64,000 nucleotides of DNA from Gnetum montanum (lineage: Eukaryota; Plantae; Gnetophyta), in the NCBI GenBank assembly GCA_015680685.1, contig MNCI01000596.1, positions 539,559 to 603,558 on the forward strand, read 5' to 3'. Each line of letters opens with the position of its first letter. The first letter of the stretch is position 1. Made by a program: the position numbers and the translations under genes. The notes beneath the pieces were generated by a model that saw only the letters and a list, made by a program, of their open reading frames with translations, was not told the DNA's origin and ran no database searches. Shown here in pieces: positions 13,835-26,200 of this stretch.

Positions 13835-16800
13835 CCCATGCATATGTCTACTTTCTTCATCATTTTGTTACATCTAAATGTGTAGAACTTGGCTAACTAA
13901 TAGGATTTAAAACTTAACTCTACTTGGAAATTAAGGATGTGAGCAATTTTTTATGATAGAAAATTATGGTTGAAAGTCATCTTAATTAAGGCATCCATCA
14001 TCTTTAAGGAAAACTACATTGGAATCATTTGTACTAAATACAAGTTGGTTTATTACTTTTGTTGTTCTTCTTAAACATTTTTTTGTATCACTGCTAGTCT
14101 CTAAAAGATCTATTCCATTAGACCAAGGGTTCTAATCTCATTTACAATCTTATTAACCTCAGTTCGCTACAATTGAGCTTAAGGTTAATACTTGAGAGCA
14201 TTCAATCATTGGTCATTATCTTATCCTCTTTTAGTATGTTTTTGATTAGGGTTTTGAGGATAATCTTGAGCAAGATGATTTCTTGAGTAGATGAAACATC
14301 TTATGGCCAAATGTCTTGAAGGATTGTTCATGGAAAATCTAAAGTATGATTGTTTATCCTTGAATCTATTTTGATCTTTAGAAGCTTAATTCTTTCCATT
14401 ACTTAGGTAAGAAGCTGAAGAACCTAGAGAAATGGTAGGGTGTAGACCCCTAAAGCCATCATTGGAGTTCCTTCCAACAAAACGACTAGATTCACCACTA
14501 GAATTCTTATTGTTCTAAGATGCTTCTATCTCATTATTTTTCTATATCTAGGGTTTGTTGTCAACCATGAAACTAGTAGCAAGCTTGATTGCTTCCATGT
14601 AGTATGTGATTTTAAGGTTTTAATTTCTTACTAGACCTAAAGTTTTAGTTCATTGAAGAAAAGTTAGTACTTTTCCATCTCATTAATATTAGAAACCTAT
14701 AATACTAGGTCTTGATACTTTTTGATGTAGTTCTCTAACTTTCAATTCTATTAGATCTTCTTCAACTTCACCCAAGTTTTGTTAATAAAATTATGTTAAT
14801 AGAAGTTTTTAATTAAGGCCTTCTTGAAGTCATCTGATGTTTTAATTAATCTTCAACCAAGTTTGTGCAACTCTCTTCAAGACTTATAAAGTAATGTTAA
14901 CTTAAGTCCTGAGGTACCCATGCATCATTAATAACTACTCCATATTTTAAATGAAGGAATCAATGAGTTTTTCATCATAATCATCTTTATAGATTTTTGG
15001 TTCCATGGCTTGAAATTTAAGTGTAGTCTAGCAAGATCTAGATGCAACTACCTTTTCCTTGATAATTAAGTAATTCTTTAGGTTTTATTCTTAGCCTCTA
15101 GGTTTATAAATATTTCCAATATGTCTTTCATAGAGACTTACATGTGATTAACAACATCCCCTATTTGCTTCACATGATACATTATCATAAAATTATGGTC
15201 CATAGAGAGCTTAGCTCCTACAAATAGGGTACATTTATAGTGTCCATAATTTCTTGAATCATCCTCATAAACCTAATAGTAGGCAAGTGGTAGGATATCC
15301 CATAGCCCACTTCTAGTAGTTGGCCTCATAACTTTAACATCTTTTTCTAGTATTCTTTAATATCTTTCTCATTATTTATTTCCATGTTCTCATCCTTATA
15401 CAATCTTCATGTATGTTCTCATACATATTCTCGTGCATCTGATTTTCAGGGTTATTATATCCAATTGGTCCATCATGAGAATTAGGGCCAGGAGGAATAA
15501 TACTAGGGTTTTAGCTCATCTTATTCTTGCTCTTTTTCATAGAAGCCATCTTTCACACAAATCATAAATAAGATTCACCAACCATAAGCAACAAATTATG
15601 AACCACAAACTCAACTTTGATACCAAAGGTTATAGTTTCATCCTTGAAAAGCATTGTATTACATCACTCTTGAGTTTATGTTAGTAATAAAAGGAGGGTA
15701 GACTCAAGATGGACTACACCTTAACATTCATAGAATTTGTATTCATAGTAGAGTCATGATGCCTATTAGTTATTGGTTAGAAGTATAGCAAGTATGCCTT
15801 AGATAATACACATACATAATAACCTAGCTCATATATATGCACATACATGAGATAAGTTATAACACAATATGATGCATAGTACCACAACAAGCTAATAAGG
15901 ACCAATCCTATGCTACACACATCTAGTCCTATGCCCCCATTTCATAAAAAGGTGTAGTGCCCAAGCCTCAAAGCTAAAGCCCCTAAATAAGCCTACAAAT
16001 CCTTGTGATGACATTTACAAGGAATCAGAGCAATATAATTTATAGGGATTGTTATTGATGGTTAAGATAACAAGGAACTCATAAAGATCTGCACACTTCT
16101 CTAACCTCTATTCCAAAGGAAAATAGCCTTCAAACCATCAGCAAGGCATGCTTTATTATACTTACATCTAAAATGTATTTTGGAAATTATAATATCAATG
16201 ATCATAATTGCTTTAGAGGGAAAACTATAGACACAACTAGTTCTAAGGCTTATAAGCTCTCAATGCATCAATTTCTTTATCGTTTAGCAATCTATTGATG
16301 TCTAATATGCTTAGCTCATAATTCTAATAGAGTTTTGACTTTGAAGATAATTTTAAAATGTTTTTTTCTTAAATTGATGCATTTCAAAGCACTAGTAAAT
16401 AAAGTTATACTTATAGCTTAAAAGTCATAGAACCTATAAAGAAAACAAGTAATGCCATCGACTCTAGAATCCTAAAAATGTACAAAACATAATACTTACT
16501 TTTTATCTTGATGCTTACAACTCTATCATGACTTACATCTTAAGTCATGATGTATATTAGGATGGCAATCATGAGCTGTCATGTTAGTCATGACAAACAA
16601 AAAGTAGAAATTTTGAAAAATGTTGAAAACCATTATAATTCTTTTTATAATATGAATCAAGTTTATACTAATGGTCTTTTTTTTTTTCAAAATTAATAAA
16701 AATTGCTAATCAAATGTGATGCTTTTAAAACCAAAATGATTATCGAAAAATAAATAATTTATATTACCTTTTTCTTCTCATTTAACTAAAGAAGAGGATG

Positions 16801-17082
16801 CTTTGTTCCACAATTTTGATAGGGAAATGAATATCTGCCATGTAAAATTAAGATCTAGAGAGATCTAAGAGAAAAGCTCTAATCATGCATCAAAAATGAT
16901 GAAAATAAATTTAGATCTCCAAGCTACAAATTTTTTATGAAGGTTTCTTTACAATAAAAATCAAAATAAAACTATATAAAAATGTTCTTTGTTCAATTCT
17001 CACATGCAATTGTGCAAAATTTTAAAAAAAATTCAAGAAAATATTTAGAAAGAAAATGGTCAAAAAAGGTAGGAATCTTACA
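13835..17082 (-). mobile_element. 5' part of a Galadriel-like chromovirus (5' LTR ~15628-17082, iMet PBS, gag), interrupted by element #2
   Basis: PBS rc TGGTATCAAAGTT at 15613-15625; putative LTR start rc TGTAAGATTCC at 17082; gag motifs EPKIYKDDYDEKLIDSFI, KLENYIKKYQDLVL and zinc-knuckle relic CFIYSRNHLAQDYP. Confidence 0.65.
13900..15549 (-). pseudogene. Decayed retrotransposon gag (possibly start of protease)
   Basis: ATG at 15549 just downstream of the PBS; Retrotrans_gag-like motifs with many stops. Confidence 0.65.
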
Positions 17083-17117
17083 TCACAAGAAAAATCCCCA
17101 AATCTCAATTTCACCAA

Positions 17118-18012
17118 TGATGAAGTGTTCAGTTGATATGTCAATTAGGCCACGTTAACGGAGCCTTGTTGATGTAGCCACGTTAACGTGACCCTGTTGA
17201 CGTATCCATCCATGTGTTAACACAACCCCGTTAACACAGAGTTTGTCTCTTGCTATAAATATGCATGCACCCATAGCATTTATGACACCTTTTGTAGTAG
17301 TCATAGCGAAACTCTTGTAGTTTGTTCCTGTAAGAGTTAGAATATTTTTCCAAGTGCTCGCAATAGATGTGAGAAAGGTGTATGACTCTTTATTTGAGCA
17401 CTAATGTACCTGAGCCCATTAGCGTGACCGGTAATAAAGGCGAGCTTTTTGAGCATTCCTTGCAGCATTTGGATTTAATCACTTAAGCATTTTAATAGTT
17501 TAATGTTTCCATGCTTTAATAATTTTAGAAGCTTTTATTGTTATCATTTTACAGTTATTGTCCTTTCATATTTTATGAGAACCATAGGCACAAGCATCTT
17601 GAACATAAATTAGACACTTGGTAACCCAGTGATGCTTAATGTCTAGTAACCCAACAGTGGTTAGGGTATGCTTTAGATGTGCACAAAAGATGGGATCGGT
17701 TGGTTATGCTAGGGAGAGTTAAGAAATAGGGTAGAATAATTATAGATTACACAACTTTTCTTTCCTTACAATTAAAGAACTAGACTTTAAAAGATAAAAA
17801 GAAAACCAATAAAAATCATTTGCCTCAATCTCACTTAACCATCACTTTAGAACACCACAAGTGAGGTTCGGAAGATAATGACCATTCTAACCAAGTCTTA
17901 CTAGCTAGAGTTCAGTGTATGCAAGTGCTTATAGTCTGTGAAATTTGACCGAGTGGTGCATGAATGCTCGTGATTCATATGGTTAGGCATAGGGGTACCT
18001 CATTGCTCATCA
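17118..18012 (+). repeat. 5' LTR of element #3 (895 bp)
   Basis: Direct repeat of 29272-30165; CTATAAATA TATA at ~17253. Confidence 0.95.
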
Positions 18013-18032
18013 TTGGTGCCATTGCTGAGGAC
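18013..18032 (+). promoter_or_regulatory. Primer binding site (tRNA-Asp type)
   Basis: TTGGTGCCATTGCTGAGGAC immediately after the LTR. Confidence 0.8.
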
Positions 18033-18179
18033 TATTAGTCTTACATGTGCTATCTAGTCTTAACAAGATCATCATTTACTTCGTTGGAACGGACCTAGGA
18101 TAGTGAAACCTATGCATGCTAGGTAGTTTAAGTAAAAGAATAAGGCACACCAATTTAGCTGATTATCTAATATCAAAAA

Positions 18180-21100
18180 ATGTCTTCTTCTCACAGGCGA
18201 GATGGATCCAACCCACCAATGCTGTAGGAGTGTTGGGTGGTATACGCACATCTAGACGAGTATATCCCTAACTTCACCTTTATCCTACATTAGGATGAGC
18301 ACCTGCGATGGCAGGACATGGAGGGTAACATCATATTAGCTCTTGATCTGTCGGTTCTTGGAATGCTACTTCAAAATCTTACTAGACTAGGCATTCAGAA
18401 CCGTGGTGTACAATACATAATGGAGGATCATGACTATTGAGATTATCGTCCAACTGAGGCACAACATGCACGGGATCAGCAATAGGTGAAACGCCATGAA
18501 CACTTAAAGGGGAAACAGTTCAGTAACCCTTTGTTTTTGCAGGACCCGCATGATGATGAGGAACCTATTTTTCATGATTTCCATTCGGCTGAACCTCCTT
18601 CGATGCATCAGATCATCCAGTCCATCATCCAAAGTAAATAATCAAGTGATTGGGAGCACCAAGATGATGAAGGATCACGTAAAAAAGATCGTGGTAAGGG
18701 GAAGGATGGACATAAATATAGAGGCCATCATCAGAGTAGAGGAGGAGATCGACATCGGGGCAGTGGTAGTTCTCCTCCCTCTTCTTCATCTTCTTGTTCC
18801 ACCTTGTCTTCACCAGGTTTTGACTCCGATTGCAACCATGGTAGGAAGGATCAGGGTGATGGTGATTGAAAAGATTGTTGGGATCACAAGGACTAATGGG
18901 GATGATGTGAGGAAAAGCATGACCAATCACACGAGTCTCACTGTCAAGAAAGGAGAGGTAGCCAAAATCGTCACAGATGTCGTGGCCAACAATAACACTA
19001 TGACTTCGATGAACCACTACTGGCTGCCCAAAGCATGCTTAACATAGCTGAGGTAGTTCAAATACCTAGTAGGCACTTGAAAGATAGTTGGATCAAGTGC
19101 CTTGACATGAACAATATCAGCAAATTTAAAGGGGGATACAATTGTGATCCACAGATTCACTTGCAAGCATTCCATGATGCTTGCACCCTGCAGAACATAG
19201 ACAATGATTGGCAAAAACTTAGGCTATTCCCCTGAACACTCATCAAGGAAGCAGAGAGCTGGTACTAGTCTTTGGAACCAAAATCAATTAGGAGATGGAG
19301 TATGATGCTAGAAATTTTCAATGATAAGTATCAGACCTACTCCAAAGTGGCTAACCTGAGATGATAGATCCAAGGGTGGAAACAAGGTGGTCATGAATCC
19401 TTGGATGCATCCATGGGTAGATATTATTCATTATTACATCGGTGCCCTAGTCATGGCTACTCTCAACGAGAACAACTCTGCCATATCATAGATAGGCTTT
19501 GCTTTGAAATAAGAAAGACCCTGGGCATTTACACTCAGGGACAACTATATGAATTGAGGGCCCATTAACTATAGCATCTCATTGAGTAGGTGGCTAAAGA
19601 GGAAGGGGAATTAAGGAAAAAAGAGTGCAGAAGAGTATAATCGGGACCCTTCCATCTGAAGGAAGGACGTCCAATTTTGTGAAGAGGGGGAAGAATCACC
19701 ATTGGATGTAGTGGTGTACTGAAAAACCTTGCCCATACAAAAATTTGCCTCTAAAATTTTGGCCAAGGTTGAGAAAATGTGAGACTCTTTGGATGAAAGG
19801 TTTCAAAGCANNNNNNNNNNNNNNNNNNNNNNNNNNNNNNNNNNNNNNNNNNNNNNNNNNNNNNNNNNNNNNNNNNNNNNNNNNNNNNNNNNNNNNNNNN
19901 NNNNNNNNNNNNNNNNNNNNNNNNNNNNNNNNNNNNNNNNNNNNNNNNNNNNNNNNNNNNNNNNNNNNNNNNNNNNNNNNNNNNNNNNNNNNNNNNNNNN
20001 NNNNNNNNNNNNNNNNNNNNNNNNNNNNNNNNNNNNNNNNNNNNNNNNNNNNNNNNNNNNNNNNNNNNNNNNNNNNNNNNNNNNNNNNNNNNNNNNNNNN
20101 NNNNNNNNNNNNNNNNNNNNNNNNNNNNNNNNNNNNNNNNNNNNNNNNNNNNNNNNNNNNNNNNNNNNNNNNNNNNNNNNNNNNNNNNNNNNNNNNNNNN
20201 NNNNNNNNNNNNNNNNNNNNNNNNNNNNNNNNNNNNNNNNNNNNNNTAGCATCTCAGCTAAGTGGACTAGAATCAAAACCATGGAAACACCCTTTATTCT
20301 AGCCCAATATCCCTAACACACCCTTACTTTCACCTATGGCCAGTGCCTTTGAACCTCCAATTGCCTCCACTATTCAATCCTTCAAGTAACATTCAAGCTA
20401 AACACCCTCCACAATACAAACCGTCATGCTCACACATGCTGTGATAGATTGGATAAAGGCATGTCATCTCTCTTGGAAATTGATTAATCTGGGGAGCCCT
20501 CTCATATACCTTCAAGTGGCAAGAAACGAGCCATGCAAAGCTCTCTTGGATTTGGGATCAGGTGTCAATTTGATTTCACATGATATGTACAAGACTTGGA
20601 ACCTGCACCTGATGAAGAAAAGTAACATTCAGCTTGGGTTGACAGACCAATCCATAATTGTACCTTTGGAATTGGTAGAAGATATCATGACCACTATTTG
20701 TGGGTGCTCCTATCCTACTGACTTCCTGGTCATCCGGGTTGACAATTGCAAGGGAAATTTTCCAATCATAATGGGGAGAGCCTGGCTTAGCATGGTGGAT
20801 GCATGATTGGGACTTTGAGATCTTTCCCTTGAAATTTCAAAAGAAAATCCTTTCAGGAAGATCAAGAAGAAGCACGTTTTATGCATCACGTACAGTGACT
20901 CAGGGTGCAATTGTGTGCAGCAACTTTGGTTCACTAAGTGAACATCTATTCAAGCATGTAATCGGTGTGTCGAAGAATCCCAAGTTCAACAATGCCTATA
21001 TGTAGTAGCCACAAATCAAGAAGGCACCCAGTGGCTGAACGTTGACTCTAATAGCAGCACTTTATGCATAGAACCAATTGAGGGCCTTGTATGTGCCTAT

Positions 21101-24030
21101 TTGCAAAGCATGGATGAATTGGAAAAGTTCCATCAACAAGTCTCTACTATTGATGACAGTGATGATTGGGGAAAGCTACAGACCCTTGAAAGTTTTAGAT
21201 AGGAGCCCTTGGAACTAAAACCCTTACCGGCCAATTTGGAATATGCATTCTTGTAGAATGGTAAGCCAGTAATCATCAATGCCACTCTTGCTCTTGAGCA
21301 AAAGAGGAAATTGTTGAAAATGGTGAATAAGTGGATGGCTGCTTTTGCATGGTCATATCATGAATTGATAGGAGTTGATCCTAGGATATGCCAACATTAG
21401 ATCTATATCAACTCCTCCATGAAGCCATGATGACAACCACAAGGACAATTGAACCCCAAACTAAAGCAAGTAGTCAAGGATGAAATTGAATAATTGTTGA
21501 AGGTGGGGTTCATCTATTCTATTACAGATAGAAAATGGGTCAACCCACTTATTATTGTGTCAAAGAAGGGTGGCAAATGGAGGGTTTGTATAGACTTCTG
21601 ACTACTAAACATGGCGACCTTCAAGGATCACTTCCCACTTCCATTTGTGGACCAAGTGTTGGATACTATTGTCGGGCATTGTTACTATAGCTTTTTGGAT
21701 GGTTATAGTGGCTATAACCAAATCCAAATCGCACTCGACGACCAGGCCAAAACAACATTACAAGTCCCTGGGGGACTTTCACATATAAGAAGATACCCTT
21801 TGGCCTGTGTAATGCACCTGCAACCTTCCAACGCCTTGTCCTCAGCATCTTTCAGTAACAAATTGGCAATGGAGTAGAAGTCTTTATGGATGACTTCTCT
21901 ACCTATGGAGTAACATTTGAACAAGCCTTGGACCACCTTGAGCAGGTTTTAAAAAGATGTGCAGAAACAAATTTATGGCTCAACTGGCAAAAGAGCCACT
22001 TGATGGTCCAAGAGGGCATTATTTTGGGGCACCACATTTCACAAGCAGGGATTAGTGTAGATCCTAAAAAAATCAAGGTCATCCAAGGAATCACCAGTCA
22101 ACTGAGTACTGTAAAAGATGTTCGATCATTTCTTGGCCACACTGGTTATTACTGATGCTTCATCAAAAATTTCTTGAAAATCGAGAAGCCATTGGTGGAA
22201 CTCACAAAGAAAGACACTCCATTTGTCTAGACCAAGGAATGCGAATCCACATTCCAAACACTCAAGCAAAAACTCATAGAAACTCCAATTCTATAGGCAC
22301 CCAACTGGTTTAGACCTTTTCATATGATGACAGATGTGTCTAATTATGCATTGGGAGTTGTGCTTACATAGTTGGATGACCAAAGATGTCCATATTACAT
22401 CCACTATGCAAGCTAAAGCATTGTGGGTGCTCAACTCAACTACACCACCACTGAAAAGGAATTAATGGTGGTGGTGTTCGCCTTAGAAAAATTTTGACAC
22501 TATGTGCTCGGGTACAAGGTGTTTGTACATATTGACCATAGTGTCATTCGGTTCCTAATGAACAAATCAACAATGAATCCTTGTATCATACGGTGGTTGG
22601 TGATCCTTCAGGAATTTGACCTTACTATGGTAGATATGAAGGGAACTGAGAATGTGGTTGCTAACCACTTATCTCAGTTATGATGGGATGATGTAGAGGA
22701 GGATGAGGCACTCTCCGATCAATTTCTAGACAAACCCCTCTTTGCAGGCACAATTGATAAGGAGATGCCCACAGGATTAACATGGTTCAACGACATCCTC
22801 ACTTATATCTCAACACAATAATTACCAAAAGAGTGGAACCATAGAAAGAAATAGTAGTTTTTTCACAAGGCCAAGCACTTCATGGAAATCAATGAAAACC
22901 TTTATAAGGTGTGTGCGAATGGCTTGGTTTGATGGTGCATCCATGATGTGGATACATTGTGCATCCTCTAGGATGCTCACAAGGGTCCTTGTCAGGGCCA
23001 CTATGCTGGACGATGCATGACCATTAAGATCCTACTTGTAGGATATTACTAGCCCACACTCTTTAGAGATGTGCAATGGTTTGCCCCCTCCTGTGAATGA
23101 TGTCAGAGAGATGGTGGGATAACCACAAGAATGGAGGGCTCCCAACAGTGGATCCAGCCATTAGAACCTTTGATATTTGGGGCATCAACTTCATGGGTCC
23201 CATCACACCCATGTCCAACAGGAAGGTGTACATCATCGTCACTGTAGACTACTATACTAAGTGGGTAGAGGTAGCAGCCATCACTGACTGTTCCTCAAAC
23301 ATAGTCACATGGTTTGTCCAATAACAAATCGTGAACAGGTTTGGGGTGTCACGTGCACTCATTTTGGACAATGGAACTCATTTCATGGGTACTACTTTTC
23401 GTAAACTTATGCAACACTTGGGGGTTGAACATAAATTTACAACACCTTATCACCCCCAAGCCAATGGGCAAGTTGAAGTCACAAATAGGGAGATTACAAG
23501 GATCCTAACTAGGACCATCAGCAAATATAGGAGGGATTGGAGCACAAAACTTAATGATGCCCTCTAGGCCTACCGCTCCACATGGAAACTTCTTATAGGC
23601 TACTCTCCTTGTGAGTTAGTGTACGGGAAACTACTGAAACTTCCAGTTCAGGCTGAACTCCAAACACTATCTACCACCAGTGACTTGGGTCTTGACTTAT
23701 CACTAGCATAATGAGAACGACTCATCAACTTGAATGTGCTAGATGAGAATCAATTAGTAGCCCTATCATCAAATGAAATCCATAAGGCCTATAATAAAAA
23801 TGTCATGATCTTAGGATTTGAAAGGTAACATTTCGACGTTGAGATAAGGTATTCCACTAGAACCCCACACATGTACCGCAACATACTAAGTTTCAAACAC
23901 TGTGGGAGGAACCTTATATCATTTCCAAAACCTTTCCATCTTGGGTCTTGCTTATACACAAACCTAAGGATCCCACAAAAACACAGTTAGTGAATACACG
24001 ACAATTAATACCCTTCCATGAACTCGAACA
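18180..24030 (+). pseudogene. Decayed gag-pol of element #3
   Basis: gag (FKGGYNCDPQIHLQAF...KLRLFP), protease (ALLDLGSGVNLI), RT (KDHFPLPFVDQVLD, FLDGYSGYNQI, FMDDF), RNaseH, integrase (WGINFMGP, TPYHPQANGQVEVTNRE); stops and frameshifts. Confidence 0.95.
19811..20246. other. Assembly gap (436 N)
   Basis: Run of N between gag and protease; both flanks are colinear with element #2. Confidence 1.
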
Positions 24031-26200
24031 AACCAGTGCCACTACCCTCTCATCACATAGCCAACCTCGTTCCATTTTTCAGATCTCCTCCTCTCAACTT
24101 AGTCATGGGGGAGATCACCTTCCATGCTAACCAATTCTACTAATCCATCAGTTGTTTTTGCAAGTTTTTGTTTTACAACATCATTTGTACATTTTCCATT
24201 CTTGCTTACTTTTTCTTTCTTTCTTTACTTATCTATTTATTTGTTTGTTTATTTTTATCAATATATTTGTTTTATACTTTTCATTAATAAGCCATCTTAT
24301 TGTCACAGGATGTACTGGTGCGGTTGTTTTTCTTTGCAATGGGTTGCATGCTATGGTCCACCTAATATATCTAACTCCCAGCTTTACATTGTTGTTCTAG
24401 GCAGTCACGTTAAACTCTCATTTCATGTAACAGGCAGTGAATCCACGTCATCTGCCTATCCACCCATCCCATGGTCTTCCTTCTTTTGGAAACATGCCAT
24501 CCCTTTCAATTAAATACAACTTTAATTAATTCATGACTTACGTAGTTTTTAGACTTGAGAAGGACCCAATGGGTTGAACAGGGTGTGACTTCAAGGGGAT
24601 TGCAACATTCTTTGTACTTTTCTATTCCCTTGTATGCAAGCGTGTGTCCTCATGAACTTCTTACCACTCCATATCTTCTCCTAACTGGAAGTCACTTGGC
24701 AATTTGGCCTTGCATGGTGTGGTCCTCATCATTCAAAAAAAAAAGAAAAAAAAAGAAGAGAAGAGGATTCAAAGCACACCCCTTGGCCAAATACATGTGA
24801 AAATGCATGGGTCTTTGTATGGTGTGGTTCACAGAAAAAAAAAACAAACAAACAAACAAACGCATGAGAATTTAAAGCACACCCCTTAGAACACCTCTAA
24901 CGGGCTACACTTGTTATGGGACTTGCTTTGTCCCCTCTAACTTAGCCCTTTTTCACTTCCTCTCGCCCACTCATGTTGGAGTGGTGGTTGTTTGTGGAAG
25001 CATTTTTGTGACTTTAAGGGGATTGACTAGTCTTTGAATGTTGCTGCAAGGTCACTGCACGTGGTTGGTTTTGGGTTTGGACTAAGGATGAATCCTACTA
25101 GGTCACTTAATTACACACTTCACAAGGGATTTCATGTCACCAACATTAGGAATTCCATCTCATTCCCTCCTCTCTTCATCATTTGCTTCCCCTTATTCAC
25201 CTCACTACCAATTTTATGTCTTGAGTGTCTATCATGTTTTGCTTGAACTTCTAATTCCTTGGCTGGTTCTTATGGTTTTGGGTATTAACTTGCAGTCACC
25301 ATTAATTAACTATGGGGCCCATGGACTCCTGTGTTGATGATATGCAAGGGCTACTAAGGCTACTGCCTACTATGGGGAGGACCCACTTGCATATCCTTTG
25401 GTTCTGCTTGTTAATCTCCTATGCCCTTGATATGATTAGTTGATCATTTCTGTGCTAACCACCACATAGTCCCTCATTTGCAAAGTGTCATACTATGACA
25501 TTCTCCTCATTCTGACTCTCCTTCTAATTACAATCATCGTTCCTCTTGCACTCATACTGTTCTCTAGTCTTTGAAATCTTCAATCACCTTTGTGTTGTGC
25601 TCCAATTCATAGCTTTGGAATTTTTCTTCATTGGTCAACCTAGGTCAACAATCAAAGGACAACTGCGTTAACTAGGCCCCATATACGTAGCCCCCTGGAT
25701 TTACGCAGCATCGTCTATGCGGCCTCATCGACGCATGACAAAAATGCTATATATACCCATGTTGTGCCTTTGAATTTTTTCCATTTGTGCACATAGCCAG
25801 GAGAATTTTTCCATTTTTTCTATGCCATCACTTCTTTTTGAGCACAAAACATTTCTGCCATGTGTCCCAATCCAATCATTCTTTCAACCCTTTAGCAATC
25901 AGAGGTATGCTCTTCATCGTGGGTGGAGGAGGGGGGTGAGGTCTCTAATTATTATTATAATTGTTATTATAATTATTAAAGACTTAACACCTCTTAGGGG
26001 AAAAACAAGAAAAAACAAAAACAACACTATAAATTGCAACTCATGTCTTATTGTTTTTTCTAACCCCTCAATTATACTCTGAGGAATCTAATATAATGCG
26101 TGTGCCATTGTCATAGCTTGGTCAAAATGAGAAGGTGTATAATTGTTATTTTTAGCAACTTATACACACATTTTAATTTATGATTATGCTATGACTGCAA

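Noticed and set aside
18550-19047. 165-aa ORF MMMRNLFF...
   Set aside because: Off-frame reading of the low-complexity gag extension; the frame conserved with element #2 starts at 18180.
19745-20316. ORFs of 159-185 aa in the ORF track
   Set aside because: Artefacts of translating through the N gap.
24124-24513. Hydrophobic short ORFs resembling membrane proteins (also 6204-6446, 32325-32567, 34866-35087, 57228-57410)
   Set aside because: Explained by T-rich non-coding TE sequence; no conserved motifs.
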